Shown piece by piece: positions 10,868 to 23,518 of a DNA stretch of 64,000 bases. Below the pieces are notes generated by a model. The model saw only the letters and a list, made by a program, of their open reading frames with translations. It searched no databases and was not told the DNA's origin. Every line of letters begins with the position of its first letter. Positions within the stretch are counted from its first letter, which is position 1. This DNA comes from an uncultured delta proteobacterium (GTDB lineage Bacteria > Desulfobacterota > Desulfobacteria > Desulfobacterales > Desulfatirhabdiaceae), in NCBI GenBank assembly GCA_963789395.1, contig CAWBKP010000010.1:32001-96000 (forward strand), given 5' to 3'. The position numbers were made by a program, and so were the translations under genes.

Positions 10868-11848
10868 TTGAAGGTTTTGGTAACCGGCGCCACAGGATTT
10901 ATCGGGAGCCACCTGGTGGAAGCCCTCGTTCAACGCGGAGCCCAAATCAGATGCCTTGTACGGGACAAGAAGCAGTTAGGGTGGGTGAAAGACCTCCCCG
11001 TTGAGTTTGTTGCCGGAAATTGTCAGGAGAAGCATTCTCTAACACAAGCCGTGAAAGACATCGATCAGGTGTTTCACCTTGCGGGTGCGACAACAGCTGT
11101 CAAAGAAAAAACGTATTTCGAAGTGAATGCCCTGGGAACGGAGAACCTTGTCAAAGCCTGCATCGAAATCAATCCCCGTCTCAATAAATTCATCCATATT
11201 TCAAGCCAGGCAGCAGCAGGTCCGTGCCTGAGCGGCGGGAAGAAAAAGGAAACCGACGCTTGCGAACCGGTTTCGCCCTACGGGAAAAGCAAATTGCTGG
11301 GAGAGGAATTGGCTTTGTCCCGCTCCCGTGAGCTTCCGCTGCTTATACTGCGGCCATGTGCCGTTTACGGGCCCAGGGACAAAGGCTTCCTTGCGCTTTT
11401 CAAGTGCCTCTCCAGGAATATCCTTCCTTGCCTTTCGGGGATCGATCAACACATCAGCATGTGTCATGTTCAGGATCTTGTCCGGGCAATTCTTTTAGCT
11501 GCCGATACCCAATCAGCGCACGGAAATATATTTTTTATATCAGATGGGCAGGATTATCGGACGGCGGAAATCGGTGATATCTTTGCGGAAGCAATGAAGA
11601 TCAATGCACTGCAGCTTCATATTCCCAAACAGATACTATTCGGCGTGGCCTTTTTTGCAGAATGTCTCTCAAGGGTCTCCGGAAAGCCATCCATCATGAA
11701 CAGAGGCAAGGCAGCGGAAATGATCCAGCAGAACTGGGTTTGCGACATTACCAAGGCCAGGACTTTATTGGGTTTTGAGCCCCGGATTTCTCTTGCCCGG
11801 GGAGCTGAATCAACCGTTGCCTGGTACAAAAATGAAAATTGGCTGTAA
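10868..11848 (+). CDS. Extended SDR NAD-dependent reductase/epimerase; candidate ceramide (3-keto) reductase
   Basis: VTGATGFIG, YGKSK, RPCAVYGPRD; adjacent to a bCerS-like gene. Confidence 0.8.
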   Translation: MKVLVTGATGFIGSHLVEALVQRGAQIRCLVRDKKQLGWVKDLPVEFVAGNCQEKHSLTQAVKDIDQVFHLAGATTAVKEKTYFEVNALGTENLVKACIEINPRLNKFIHISSQAAAGPCLSGGKKKETDACEPVSPYGKSKLLGEELALSRSRELPLLILRPCAVYGPRDKGFLALFKCLSRNILPCLSGIDQHISMCHVQDLVRAILLAADTQSAHGNIFFISDGQDYRTAEIGDIFAEAMKINALQLHIPKQILFGVAFFAECLSRVSGKPSIMNRGKAAEMIQQNWVCDITKARTLLGFEPRISLARGAESTVAWYKNENWL

Positions 11849-11895
11849 CGATATTGTCGGGAAGTTTCGCGGTTAACCTTATAAAAAGAGCAAGC

Positions 11896-13017
11896 ATGGC
11901 CGTCATCGAGATCATTACCGTGGAAAGCAGATCGGATCTTAAGGCCTTTATCGATCTGCCCTGGAAAATATATGCGGAATACCCCAATTGGATCCCTCCC
12001 CTTAAGAAGGAAATTCGCCGGCTGCTGGATCCCGGCAAACACCCTTTCTGGGAGTTTTCCGAGCGCATCCTCTTTCTGGCCCGACGGGGTTCGGAAACGG
12101 TGGGAAGGATCGCGGGCATCATCGACCGCAATCATAACGCGTTTCACAGCGAACAGATGGGCATTTGGGGATTCTTCGAATGTGCCGACGATCCGGAAGT
12201 CGCGTCGGCCCTCTTCTCTTCCGCAGAGACGTGGGCGCGCCAAAAGGGGATGTCCTTCATCAGAGGCCCGCTCAACCCTTCCACCAATTACGAGTTGGGG
12301 CTTCTCATCGAGGGTTTCAATTACCCGCCCGCCATCATGATGGCCTACAATCCGCCGTACTATCCGGGGTTGGTCGAATCGTGCGGTTTCGTCAAAGAAA
12401 AGGATCTGCTGGCCTTTCTGATTGATGGCGATTACCGGCTCCCCGAATGGATGGATCACCTTGCCGAATGGATCGCCAAAAAAGGCGGTATCCAAATCAG
12501 GCGGTCTCGTCCAAAGGATGCGGATGCCGAGTTTGCCCTGATCAGGGAGATATACAATGCCTCCTGGTCCGGCAATTGGGGGTTTGTCCCCTTAAGCGAT
12601 CATGAGATGCGGGACATTCAAAAGAATGTGATGGCATTTGTGGATCCGGATATGGTTTTCTTCATTTATTATGGAGATGAACCCGCAGCATTCTGTGTTA
12701 TCTTTCCAGACATCAACCCGTTGCTCAAACGTCTCAATGGGCGGATCGGCCTGCTGGGCTTGCTGAAGTTCCTGCTATATCGGCGGGAGATCAACGGATT
12801 GCGGCTGTTGATGTTTGGCGTCAAGGAGAAGTACCAGCAATTGGGACTCCCCATGCTGGCCTTTCACCACATATATGAGGTTGTGAGGAAGAAAGAAAAA
12901 TATCGCTCCCTGGAGCTGGGCTGGACCCTTGAGGACAATGCATCGATCAACTCTTTGATAGAGGAAGCCGGCGCAAAAATATACAAAAAATATCGCATAT
13001 TCAGAAAGTCTTTATGA
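11896..13017 (+). CDS. GNAT N-acyltransferase of the bacterial ceramide synthase (bCerS/YghO-like) family
   Basis: FIDLPWKIY..PNWIPPL, HPFW, VGRIAGII, GFFECADD, RGPLNPSTN..GLLIEGF, YNPPYY, WGFVP, WTLEDN, KKYRIF. Confidence 0.8.
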   Translation: MAVIEIITVESRSDLKAFIDLPWKIYAEYPNWIPPLKKEIRRLLDPGKHPFWEFSERILFLARRGSETVGRIAGIIDRNHNAFHSEQMGIWGFFECADDPEVASALFSSAETWARQKGMSFIRGPLNPSTNYELGLLIEGFNYPPAIMMAYNPPYYPGLVESCGFVKEKDLLAFLIDGDYRLPEWMDHLAEWIAKKGGIQIRRSRPKDADAEFALIREIYNASWSGNWGFVPLSDHEMRDIQKNVMAFVDPDMVFFIYYGDEPAAFCVIFPDINPLLKRLNGRIGLLGLLKFLLYRREINGLRLLMFGVKEKYQQLGLPMLAFHHIYEVVRKKEKYRSLELGWTLEDNASINSLIEEAGAKIYKKYRIFRKSL

Positions 13018-13092
13018 TCAAGCACCGGATTTCCGGGATGCGGGATTTGATATCGATGGTTCTATTGACGACAGCCAAATGAGAAATACAGA

Positions 13093-13928
13093 ATGAAAAG
13101 GAAAGTAGCCGAACGCGTATATATAGCGCGGCTCCTCGTGGTGATGAATTGCTGACAGGGGTTGCGGCAGGCTGCGCGCACCGGATCCACGCTCCGATGC
13201 AACCCGATGGCTGGAGTGCCCAGCCTATCGTGATCATGTGCCGCTTTACCCCCGATGCCGACCTGGATCCCGCCACCGGAAAGCCCGTGGGAGACGAAGG
13301 GTATTTTTTTTATATCCTGACCCAACCTGCCAATTGGGATTTCAGCGATGCCTCGTCGCTTCTCTTCTCAATTTGGCTGCATCCGTCGGCGCATAGCTGG
13401 ATCATCCTGGAAAGCCCCGGGAATCGTCAGGAATTCGGCCACACCGGCAACTTCGGGCAAGAGAAACCGCGCTACCATGACGGTGTGATGCAAAGGGTTC
13501 GGGAGGGAGATCCCGATCCAATCGCTTATTTGTGGCAGCCGATGTCCGATGGCCAGTTCCAGATCGGCAAGCCCGGTCGCCCCCCTGCGTTCGTCTGGAA
13601 AATGCCGATTACCCGACGACGGTATCAAACGATCGAAGAATACGTAACGCAGCGGAAGTACGATCTGTTTGACTTGAGGACCGGCAACTGCACCGATTTT
13701 GTGATGGAGACAGCGGTGCTGGCGGGCATCAATCTGACCTACCGTATCCACCTCACCTTGCCGCCTGAAGCAAGGTTCTTGGGCCGGACGCTGCGTGTTT
13801 GGACAGATCCGCAATACCGCATACTGGAGTTCGGTACACCCGAAGTTCTGGAGGTGGACCTGCGCCAGCTTGCCCGGATGGGAATCGGCAGTGACGCCAC
13901 CGGGTGGTACCTGTCTTTGAAACACTGA
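13093..13928 (+). CDS. Hypothetical lipoprotein; probable frameshift within the signal peptide
   Basis: ATG 13093 gives MKRKVAERVYIARLLVVM, continuing in ORF 13149 as LLTGVAAGC (lipobox); HSW and NCTDF motifs. Confidence 0.6.
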
Positions 13929-13994
13929 CAATTGACCCAACCGGCGAATTGTCATCAATAGGAGAATGTATGACGTTGAAACAGAGGAATGTAA

Positions 13995-16900
13995 ATGTCG
14001 GCTGAACATCGCGCTCCAATCATCGCTTTCGTTTGGCGGCCCGAGGAGATGACCCCGCCTGTAATCCAAATGGCGCATCAAACAGGGAGCAGGGCCATCT
14101 TCGATTTTTCCATGATGGGGGTGGATGCGCTGCGATCTTCCCTGCAAAAAGCCGGCCCCGACGGCCAGATCAGGGATATCAAGATTTCAGCTGCTGCATT
14201 TATGGAACCGTCTTTGGGACAGATATTACCCAATACAGGCGTCCAAAACCTTTGGATCGAATGTCACCCGCAGTTTTTCCAGGGAGATCCTTCCACGTTT
14301 CTACAGAGATTGAGGGAATTGCCGCAAAATTACCGCCTCTTCCCGATTTTCGGGGACCTGAATCTCCTGACGACTATTTTGACAGATGGCCCGGAAATCG
14401 GGCGCATCGTCCTGAAAGGAAGCGAGGCATCCGGATTCGTAAGCAGTGAGACGACCCTGACGCTTTATTCAGCGGTCAAGGAAATGCTGCGACGCCGATC
14501 GAAGTTTTTGGACATCCTCATCTGGGGAAGTGTTTTCACTCCTGAGGCGGCTGCGGCATTTTTGTCCACCGGAGCCACGGGGATCGTCTTCGAGAGCCTC
14601 CATTGGCTGACAGACCTGGTTGCTGTTGATGATCTCCAACGCCGGCGGCTCTCCAACCTCCGCCTGGATTCAACCGATCTGGTCGGACTGGACCTGCAGG
14701 TTCCCTGTCGCATTTTCAACAAGGGAAACTCGATCGCGTTCAAGGAGATCAAAAGTTTCGAAAACGCGCTGTGCGGAGCAAGGATCACGGAGGAAAGCCG
14801 CCGATCCTTCGAGAACCGAGTGAGTATTGGGACCCGCCACCCTCTGGAGAGTGCTTTCACCCCGGGCGAGACCATCCCTCTGGGTGTGGAGGCAGCCTTT
14901 GCCGCATCCTTTGCCGAGCGTTTTGGAACGGAAACCGAGGAAGCCGTGAAGTCCTTCATGAACGAGATTCACAGCTCATGCCGCCAGGCTGTTATAAAAA
15001 ATGACTGCTTTTTGAACAGCCCCGTCGCCGCAGAGATGGGATCCAAATACCCTTTTATCCAGGGAGCCATGACCTGGATCACCGATGTCCCTGAGTTTGC
15101 CTCACGGGTTGCCGAGGCCGGCGGGTTGCCCACAATCGCCCTGGGCATGATGGACGCCGAAACCCTTGATCGGAAGCTGGGACACCTGCCGGAGATCATG
15201 GGCGGGCGCTCTTATGCCGTGAATATCGTCTCTCTGGCGGAGAACCCTTTCAGGGAGACCCAACTGGCATGGATAAAGAAACACCGGCCCCGTTTTGTGG
15301 TGATCGCGGGAGGGGATCTCTCCTTTTTAAGGGATTTGTTGGCATGCGGACTGGAGATCATGTATATCGCCCCGAACGAGGCATTGTTGCGACTCGCTCT
15401 TGAAGCCGGCGCCCGGTATGTGATCTGCGAGGGATATGAGGCCGGCGGGCACGTTGGCCGCCATAGCACGCTTACCCTTGCTCAAATGGTACTGGATCTG
15501 AAACGAATCAAACCATCCCTGTTCCAGAATTGCCGCATGATTCTTGCCGGGGGAATTTTCAACCGGGAAACCGCATTCATGGCAGCCATGCTCGGAGCAG
15601 ATGCCATCCAGATGGGCACCGCATATCTGGCCACCCGTGAAATCATTGAAACGGGAGCCCTGACGGCGCTCTATCAGCGGATGGTCCTGGAATCACCTCC
15701 TGGCGGAACGGTCGTTTCAGGCAGGGACACCGGACTTCGGGTGCGCTCCTTGAAGTCCCCGAGAACAGCCGCAGTTTCATCCCTGGAGCGGGAATTTGCA
15801 GCGGATCACCCAGACGAGAGTTCCTTCCGCACGAAAATAGAAGAGATGACGGCGGGAAGCCTCTTCACCGCGGCCCGCGGCATGGAAAGACCCGGCGGGG
15901 CGCCTCTGGATGAGCGGACCTGCCTGGAACGCGGACAATTCATGAGCGGGGCCAGTGCCGGCCTTATCAGCAATGTCCTGAATCTGCCGTCCTTCCATCG
16001 CGAGTTGGCTGAAGGCCATCTTTTGCTGCATCAGCCCGGGGGTTCCACCGAGAGAATGCCGGAACCTTCACCCGGCGCTTCGCGCCCCATGAAACCCCCA
16101 TCCAGCGGGATTGTCCAGGGACTGATGAAACCGGCGCTGCATAAAGACGCCCATGAAAGGGTTGCCATCACCGGGATGAGTATTCTCAATACCCTGGGGG
16201 ATAGTCCGGAAGGGGTCTGGGCGGCAAGCCTGGCCTTGAAGAGCGGGATTACCCTGGTTCCGTCTTCCCGGTGGGATCACACTCTTTTTTATGATCCCCG
16301 CCCGTTTGCTCCGGACAAGACTTACTGCAGGGTGGGCGCCTTCCTGGACGTTCATATCTCCCGAGGCGAACTCGGAATTTCCCCGCATGATTTCCGAACC
16401 ATGACCGATGCCACAAAGCTCACCCTGTGGCTGGCGGACAAGGCCATCCGGGAGTCCGGCATCCTGGAGTCGAACATCCCACGGGAGCGAATCGCAGTCC
16501 TTGTCTCCCAGAACTCCGGAGAAGCGGCGGCAACCTTCACCGATCTTAATCATAAGGGCGCATGTTCACGACATCCTGGCCGATATCAATCGGGTGCTTC
16601 ACCTCAGTCCGGATCAGATGCGCGCCGCTGAACGCGAGGTGAAATCCGGACGCCTGGCCCCGGACGATACCACACTCCTGGGCAGGCTCAACTGCGCGGC
16701 GGCCGGCTTTATCTGCAACCGGTATGGGTTCATGGGACCCAGCCATTCCGTCTCCGCAGCCTGCGCAACCTCACTGGTCGCACTTCACAGCGCCATCCAG
16801 ATGATCCGGACCGGCATCATCGATGCAGCCATCGTCGGAGGGGGCGAGGAGTATCTCAGTCGAATGCATTTTCTGGAATTCTCCGCCCTGGGCGCCCTTT

Positions 16901-19900
16901 TCGGGTTGTCCGGGCAGGAAAGGCCCGCTCATGAAACCTCCCGCCCCTTCGACGCCGAAAGAGACGGAATGGTACTGGGCGAAGGCGGGGGAATGATCAT
17001 TATCGAGCGGGAAAGCTCGGCCCTGCACAGAGGGGCGCATATCCACGCCGTCATCACGGGCATGGGCGCCAGCAACAACCATCTGGGCATGGTAGAATCC
17101 TCCAGTGTCACCCAGGAGATCGCCATCCGCGCCTCTTTCCAGGGGACACCCTATGGACCCGATGCGGTGGACCTGGTGGAATGCCATGCCACGAGCACCC
17201 GGCAAGGGGACGTGGAGGAGGTCCGTGCCCTGAAGGCGATTTTTCATTCTTCCAATCGCACAGTCATTACCTCATTCAAATCCCAGATCGGACACACACT
17301 GGGCGCCTCGGGCATCAACAGCCTCATTCGCGGCGTCATGGCCATGAAGGCGGGGGTTTTCCCTCCCACCCTCAATTATACGCATCCAGACCCGGAAATC
17401 GGCCTGGAAGGATCGGGACTCTTCATTACCCCCGAGCCGCTTGACTGGAAGTGCAGGGCCGGCCGGTTAAGAAGGCTCCAGGTTAATGCTTTCGGGTTTG
17501 GAGGTTCCAACTACGTGGTGCAGTTGGAACAGTCCATGGATGAAGCGGCCACGATCCTTGTCTCCCCCGAAGGTGAGCCTTCTGAGCTTCAGGGGATCTC
17601 TTTCTTCCGGACCCAGATGGACGGCCGTCACTACCGGACGGCCGTCGTGGCGGAATCCGAAGAAGCGGCGCTCACTGTCTTTGAGAGATCGCGCCACCTC
17701 CTTTCAAAAGACGGAATCGCCACTCCCAGGGCATTGAGATCCCTGGCACATCAGGGAATCTTCATGGGCGCTGAGGATCTGCCGGTGCTGCCGCTCGCGT
17801 TGGTATTTCCCGGACAGGGCACCCACTATGCAGGAATGGGGCGGGATCTCTACGAGTCCTTTTCCGTCATCAAGGGGTGGATGGATCGGGCTGCGGCGGC
17901 CGCGGACTTTGACCTTCTTCATCTCTTGTTCCATGACCGCGAAGAGAACCTTCAAATGACCCGGTGGCAGCAACCGGCCCTGTTCGTTCTGGAATACGCC
18001 ATGGCGAAATTCCTCCTCTCACTTGGCATCCGCCCGGTGGCGATGGCCGGCCACAGTTTGGGCGAACTGACCGCCCTGTGCCTGTCCGGCGTCTATTCCC
18101 TTGAGGACGGATTCCGAATTGTGAATAAGCGGGCGCTCTGTATGGACAAGGCCGCCGCCATGCACGTGGATCCGGGTGTCATGGCGGCCACGGACGCCCC
18201 CCTGGAATTGCTGAAAGAGATGGTCCGGGAACGGGACGATGTCCATATCTGCAATATCAATTCACCGAAACAGGTCGTTCTGGGTGGCAACACCGAGGCG
18301 GTCAAATATCTGGGTATCAGACTGAAAGAGAAGGGATTCCGCTCAACCCTTTTACGGGTCAGCATGGCCTTCCACTCTCCTATCATGAGAGTCATTCATG
18401 ACGAACTCGAAGCGTTTATTGCCACCATCCCGTTTCATTCCCCGCAGATTCCCGTCATCTCCAACACGACCATGGCGCCGTATCCATCCGATCCAGGAGA
18501 GATCCGGCGCATTCTGATGACTCACCTGGAATCTCCCGTCCACTGGATGCATAACGTTCAGACGCTTTGGAACGACTACGGCGTCCGACTCTTCATGGAG
18601 GTCGGTCCAGGCGACATATTGAGCAATCTCATCGCAGACACGCTCTCTGGCGCAACATGCATCCAAACTTGCCTTCCCCGGGAAGAGAGTTTGACCTGCA
18701 GGACAGCTCTTGCCCAGCTTTTCGTGCAAGGACATCTGATGGGACAAAGGGAAATCAGCCCGGCATACCCGGAAGCCTCACCGGCATCAGATATCCAATC
18801 CATGACAGGCGGCCCCTTGCCCCCCGAAAACCGGATGGAACCCCCCGACACTACGAAGACTCCTTCTCCAGACAATGCGCCTGAGAACCCGGATCACATG
18901 GAGCGTCTTATACGAATCATCATGGAGGCTACGGGTTTCGAAAGAAGCGAGATCCAACCCGATATGGATCTGAGGAAAGACCTTTCCATCCGCTCCAGCC
19001 GCCTTCCGATCATCATGGACGCTGCGGAACACCAATTCGGAATCACTATCGAATTGCAGGATTTTATCCATGTCCGCACCGTGAAGGACATCGCGCAGAA
19101 GATCTCCGAGATAATCGCCAGGCAGGAAGGCTCCGGACCACTTCCGGCCACCCGGGCTGTTGACCCCGGCATGGTGCGGGATGAAATCCTGAAACCCTCT
19201 GCGAATGCGGTGAGCCTGAAGCGACTCGTATTCAGTTATGTCCCTGTCGATCCACCAGCTTCCATTCCCATACATTTTGAGCCGGACCAGTCAGTTCTCG
19301 TTCTCTCACCGGACCGGGAGGACAGCATTGCAGCAAGCGTCGCAGACATCTTCCGCCGGGATTGCGGAATTGACTTATTTCCCCTGTCGTTCATGCAATG
19401 GAGCTCCGGTCCAGTCGAAACAGGCCACGACATCAGAACCGCCGAAGGGGGCCATGAGCTTGCCGATCGGATTGCGGGTTTGACGTCTGCGGTTGGGATG
19501 GTTATCTCCTTGCATCAACTGGCGGAAAATTTAAAACGCATGGAGGATATTGCACAGATTCTCAGAGGCTTCTTTATCCTCCTGAAAACATTTCTCCAGA
19601 CACCGGACAGGAAACTCGTCATGCTGATCCACTCTCGGGAGGATACCGAAACACCGGTTCGGCTCCTGGCGGAGGGGATGACGGGACTTTTTCTGAGCGC
19701 AGCGCTGGAACACCCGGCGGTCCTGTTTCGCACACTGGAAATCGACCACGACACCGACATTCGCATTGCCTTACGTGATGCTTTGGACAGTGGATACAAG
19801 ATAGTGGAGATGGTGCATCGCAATGGGAGGGTTTTCACCTCCGAGGGACATGTCGCTCCGTCGCTCTTCAGGGATGTATCAAGCCTGGAACTGAGTCCAG

Positions 19901-21667
19901 GAGACGTTGTCGTCATGTCCGGAGGCGCAACGGGAATCAGCTCCCATCTGGCCCGCAGTTTTGTTCCCTTTAAGCCCCGCCTGGTCTTTCTGGGAAGAAC
20001 GACTCTCGATCCAGGCATGCATGTAACTCCCCGCACCATGCATCCGACTTCAACGCCTTTTGTTCTCGAAGACAGGGCTTTGGAGATTACCCGGACCCTG
20101 GCTGATTTGCACGCCTCAGGGATCGAGGCATCCTACCATACCTGCGATGTCGCTGATCCCGAGGCGGTCCGTGCCGTCATGGACGAGTTGGCAAATCGTT
20201 ATGGCAAGATCCGGGGGATCATCCATGGTGCAGGCGTCCTCAGGGACGGATTCCTCAACCAACTGACTCCGGATGATTTTTCCATTGTCACGGACATCAA
20301 ATTCCTCGGTGCATGGAATTTATTCCTGGCTGCCGAGAAGGCCGGCTTGAGGTTTTTCGTGGGCCTTTCTTCGGTGGCCGCGATCCAGGGGAATCCCGGC
20401 CAAACCAACTACGCGGCCGCCAACCGGATGATGTCCGCGTTGATCAGAACCCTCCGGCGGAAGAATGGCGCCATCCGGTTCAAGGCATTAATGCTTCCCC
20501 CAATCGAGGGGGCGGGCATGGCCGAGGACCCGGATATTCGGGAACTGATGCGGCTGAAGGGCGCGTCGTACATTCATGTAGATGAGCTTGCAGGGCTTTT
20601 CTGCCGGGAGCTTTTCGCATCCCCGGCCGACGATAATTGGGTCATGTTCATGCGGACGCTGCCCTCCGTAAAGACGGCAAGGCTAAATGACAGGACCGGT
20701 CCTTTGCCCAATGGAGTACTGGATGGAGGCTTCGCGGCTTTAAGCCCCGAGGGCTTTCCCATGATAGAGGGGATCTCCGGCCTGGACATCCGCCGGGAAC
20801 AACTCGAAGCCTTCAGGTCCTTCTCCCGGGAGAAGGATCTTTGGATTGAGGATCACAGACCCTTGACGTTTATCAAGCATCCCCTGGTTTCAGCCGCCAT
20901 GTTTCTGGAGACATTCATGGAAGCCGCCCGGATCCTGTATCCTTATTTGCAGGTGTGCGGAGCCCGCCAGGTGCGGTTCCTGGACATGATCCAATGTCCT
21001 CCCGGGATAGTGCGGTCCATCCATCATCTCCTGCCGCCGGGTGGGGAGCCACCTTCCGGAGGTATTGTGCGAGGTTTCTCTGGCGACACAGGCGCTCTCC
21101 CCCACAGGAAAATTGGCAGACCGCTTCACCCCCCACTGCAAGGGTCAGGTCATTCTGGGCGGCGGGGAAGGCTTTCTGGGAGAGGGTTTCCTGGATTTTC
21201 CCGTCCGGGCCGACGAACTGACTACGGATCCCATGAATCAAAAAAATATGCTGAAATGGTACAAGAAACATTCCGGCCTCAAAGGCAGGTATCGCGTATT
21301 GGAAAGTCCTTGACGGCGCCGGTCCGAAAGTGATGCGCGGACAAAGCGTCTGCCGGCAGACAGGTGATTTTAAAAATCTGCGGAACGTTCATTATCAATA
21401 CTCTCCCTATCTTTTAGAAGCCATTTTGCAATTGGCCGGCCTCCACTGCATTGTCATGAATATAACGGAGAAACGATCCATGATTCCCATGGAGATCGGG
21501 GAGATGCGCTTTTCCCGAAAATGCCGGGCGGGGGAACAGATCACCCTGGAGGCCCGCATGCGGGCGCAGAATGCGCAAAGTCAGCTTGGGACGCCCGAGG
21601 ACTTGATGATCAAGGCCGCACCATCATGCAGGTTTCCAATTTGGTGATGCACTGGATTTCAGGCTGA
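13995..21667 (+). CDS. Single-module type I PKS/FAS: FabK/PfaD-like ER, KS, AT, ACP, KR, DH (~2550 aa; split by frameshifts near 16550, 21030, 21310 and 21590)
   Basis: ER EGYEAGGH/AGGIF; KS AACATS, ECHATST, KSQIGH; AT GHSLGE and AFHS; ACP DLSIRSS; KR GGATGI and YAAAN; DH WIEDHRP and PYLLEAILQ; final frame ends MQVSNLVMHWISG* at 21667. Confidence 0.88.
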
Positions 21668-21685
21668 GTCGTCATGGATAGGGGG

Positions 21686-21718
21686 AGACCGGCTCGGTTA
21701 TGGAAACCGAGCCGGTCT
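21686..21718. repeat. Perfect 14-bp stem-loop between the PKS and PPTase genes
   Basis: AGACCGGCTCGGTT-ATGGA-AACCGAGCCGGTCT; no U-tract. Confidence 0.85.
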
Positions 21719-21780
21719 GGAAGTCACGAACAATTTTTACTTGTCTGAGGCCTAAGTAATGCAGCACGGCAAATATTGGA

Positions 21781-22512
21781 GTGGATATGGGGAAGGATTG
21801 CCAGGGCATTACCGTCCATGCAGTGAGTTTTGATCATCGCGGGGGACCCGCATTCTATGCATCCTTGCCGGGTGATGGTGAAAACCACAAAGGGTGCCGG
21901 TCGAACGGGGAAGAAGACAAGAATCGCCTGGTCTCCTTTCTGTTGGATCACGTTACGGGGATGGATAGTCCTCTTGGGAAATGCCGGCTTTCGTTCGATA
22001 GCGATCCTTTTCCCATTCACGTGGTCCGCGACCCGCTCGGCAGGCCGCATCTCCTGTTGGGAGAACATCGGGGTCCGGCCATCTCCTTCAGCGAGGGTGG
22101 CGGGAAAATCTGGGCCGCGCTTTGCGGGGATGCATCCGATATCGGCATCGATGTAGCAACGGCCGATGAATTTCAGGGAGGATACCCCTGTCACCGGGTC
22201 TTTCATGACCGGGAGATCCAATATGCCTTAAGGTTGACGGGGGGAGACATGGAAAAGGCTTCAGCCCTGCTCTGGTCCATCAAGGAAGCGGTTGTCAAGG
22301 CCCTGGGATGCGCATTCCATCTTGTGGCGCCCCGGCAAGTTCACATCTATCCTTCGACAGGGGGGGACGGGGGATATACTTTCCCCGTGTGCTTATCGAG
22401 GAAGGCCCTGGCACGGTCTCCCACGAGCACAGGCTGTTTCATATGGGTGCGTTCGTTTCCCCAGGCGAAGATGTGGCTTTCCATTGCCCTCTTGAGCTGG
22501 CAGCCACGTTGA
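21781..22512 (+). CDS. 4'-phosphopantetheinyl transferase (Sfp-type)
   Basis: GRPHL, ISFS, IGIDV, WSIKEAVVKALG. Confidence 0.9.
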   Translation: MDMGKDCQGITVHAVSFDHRGGPAFYASLPGDGENHKGCRSNGEEDKNRLVSFLLDHVTGMDSPLGKCRLSFDSDPFPIHVVRDPLGRPHLLLGEHRGPAISFSEGGGKIWAALCGDASDIGIDVATADEFQGGYPCHRVFHDREIQYALRLTGGDMEKASALLWSIKEAVVKALGCAFHLVAPRQVHIYPSTGGDGGYTFPVCLSRKALARSPTSTGCFIWVRSFPQAKMWLSIALLSWQPR

Positions 22513-22565
22513 GACGATGGCTTAGATTTTAATATCCGTGTTCTATGGAGGCAGGCTTTTGATTC

Positions 22566-23518
22566 ATGATGAAAGAAACTGAATACGCCATCGAAGTCGA
22601 AAAACTGACGAAGCGTTATGGGGATTTGCAGGCAGTTAACGACATCTCGTTCAACGTCCGGAAAGGCGAGGTTTTCGCCTTGTTGGGCCCGAACGGAGCC
22701 GGCAAGACCACCACTGTCGAGATCATCGACACCATCCGCACGCCCACGTCGGGAAACGTTCGCCTTCTGGGAATGGACGTCACAAAGAAGAAGCGCGACA
22801 TCGTCCCCCGCATCGGCGTCCTCCCGCAGGGGTTCAACTCGTTCGATAGGATAACCGTCAGGGAAACCGTGCAGTACTACTCGCGGCTTTTCTGTTGCAG
22901 GAACGTCAATATCGACGGGCTGATAGCGCTTGTGAATCTCAATGAAAAGGCCAAAGAGCAATACATGAATCTCTCCGGTGGATTGAGACAGCGCCTCGGG
23001 ATCGCAATTGCGCTCGTGAACGACCCCGAGGTCGTGTTTCTAGACGAGCCGACGACAGGACTCGACCCCCGCGCCAGGCGCGAGGTATGGGACGTCCTGC
23101 TGGGCCTGAAGCAGGCTGGAAAGACGGTATTTCTCACCACGCACTACATGGAGGAAGCTGAGCTTCTTGCGGACACTGTAGCAATTATCTCCAAGGGGAA
23201 GATCATCGCCATGGACTCTCCCGTGCAGCTCATCGAAAGCAACGCGGATTACCTGGTCCTCACGCTGCAGTCTGTGGATGAAAAAACTTTTGAAGTCGTA
23301 GGGAAGATGGGCTTCGCGCCGGAACTTACCAACACAAAAGCCTCAATGTGAAGGTGGCGGGCACGGACGACATCCGGAAGATACTGAACGCCATGGAAGA
23401 CTCCGGGGCCGCGTTGCTCAGCATGGACGTTCGCAAGCCCAACCTCGAACAGGTCTTCCTGAATCTTACCGGCGAGGCGCTCCACGAAGGCGCTTCCGTG
23501 GGAAAGGGGGTGAAATGA
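22566..23518 (+). CDS. ABC-2 exporter ATP-binding protein; frameshift near 23335
   Basis: GPNGAGKTT, LSGG, LDEPTTGLDP, TTHYMEEA; tail KPNLEQVFLNLTG in another frame ends at TGA 23518, overlapping the next ATG. Confidence 0.9.

Noticed and set aside
13995..22512. Enediyne or canonical PUFA (pfa) cluster
   Set aside because: No enediyne thioesterase or cassette genes, no tandem ACPs, no KS-CLF or FabA-type DH genes
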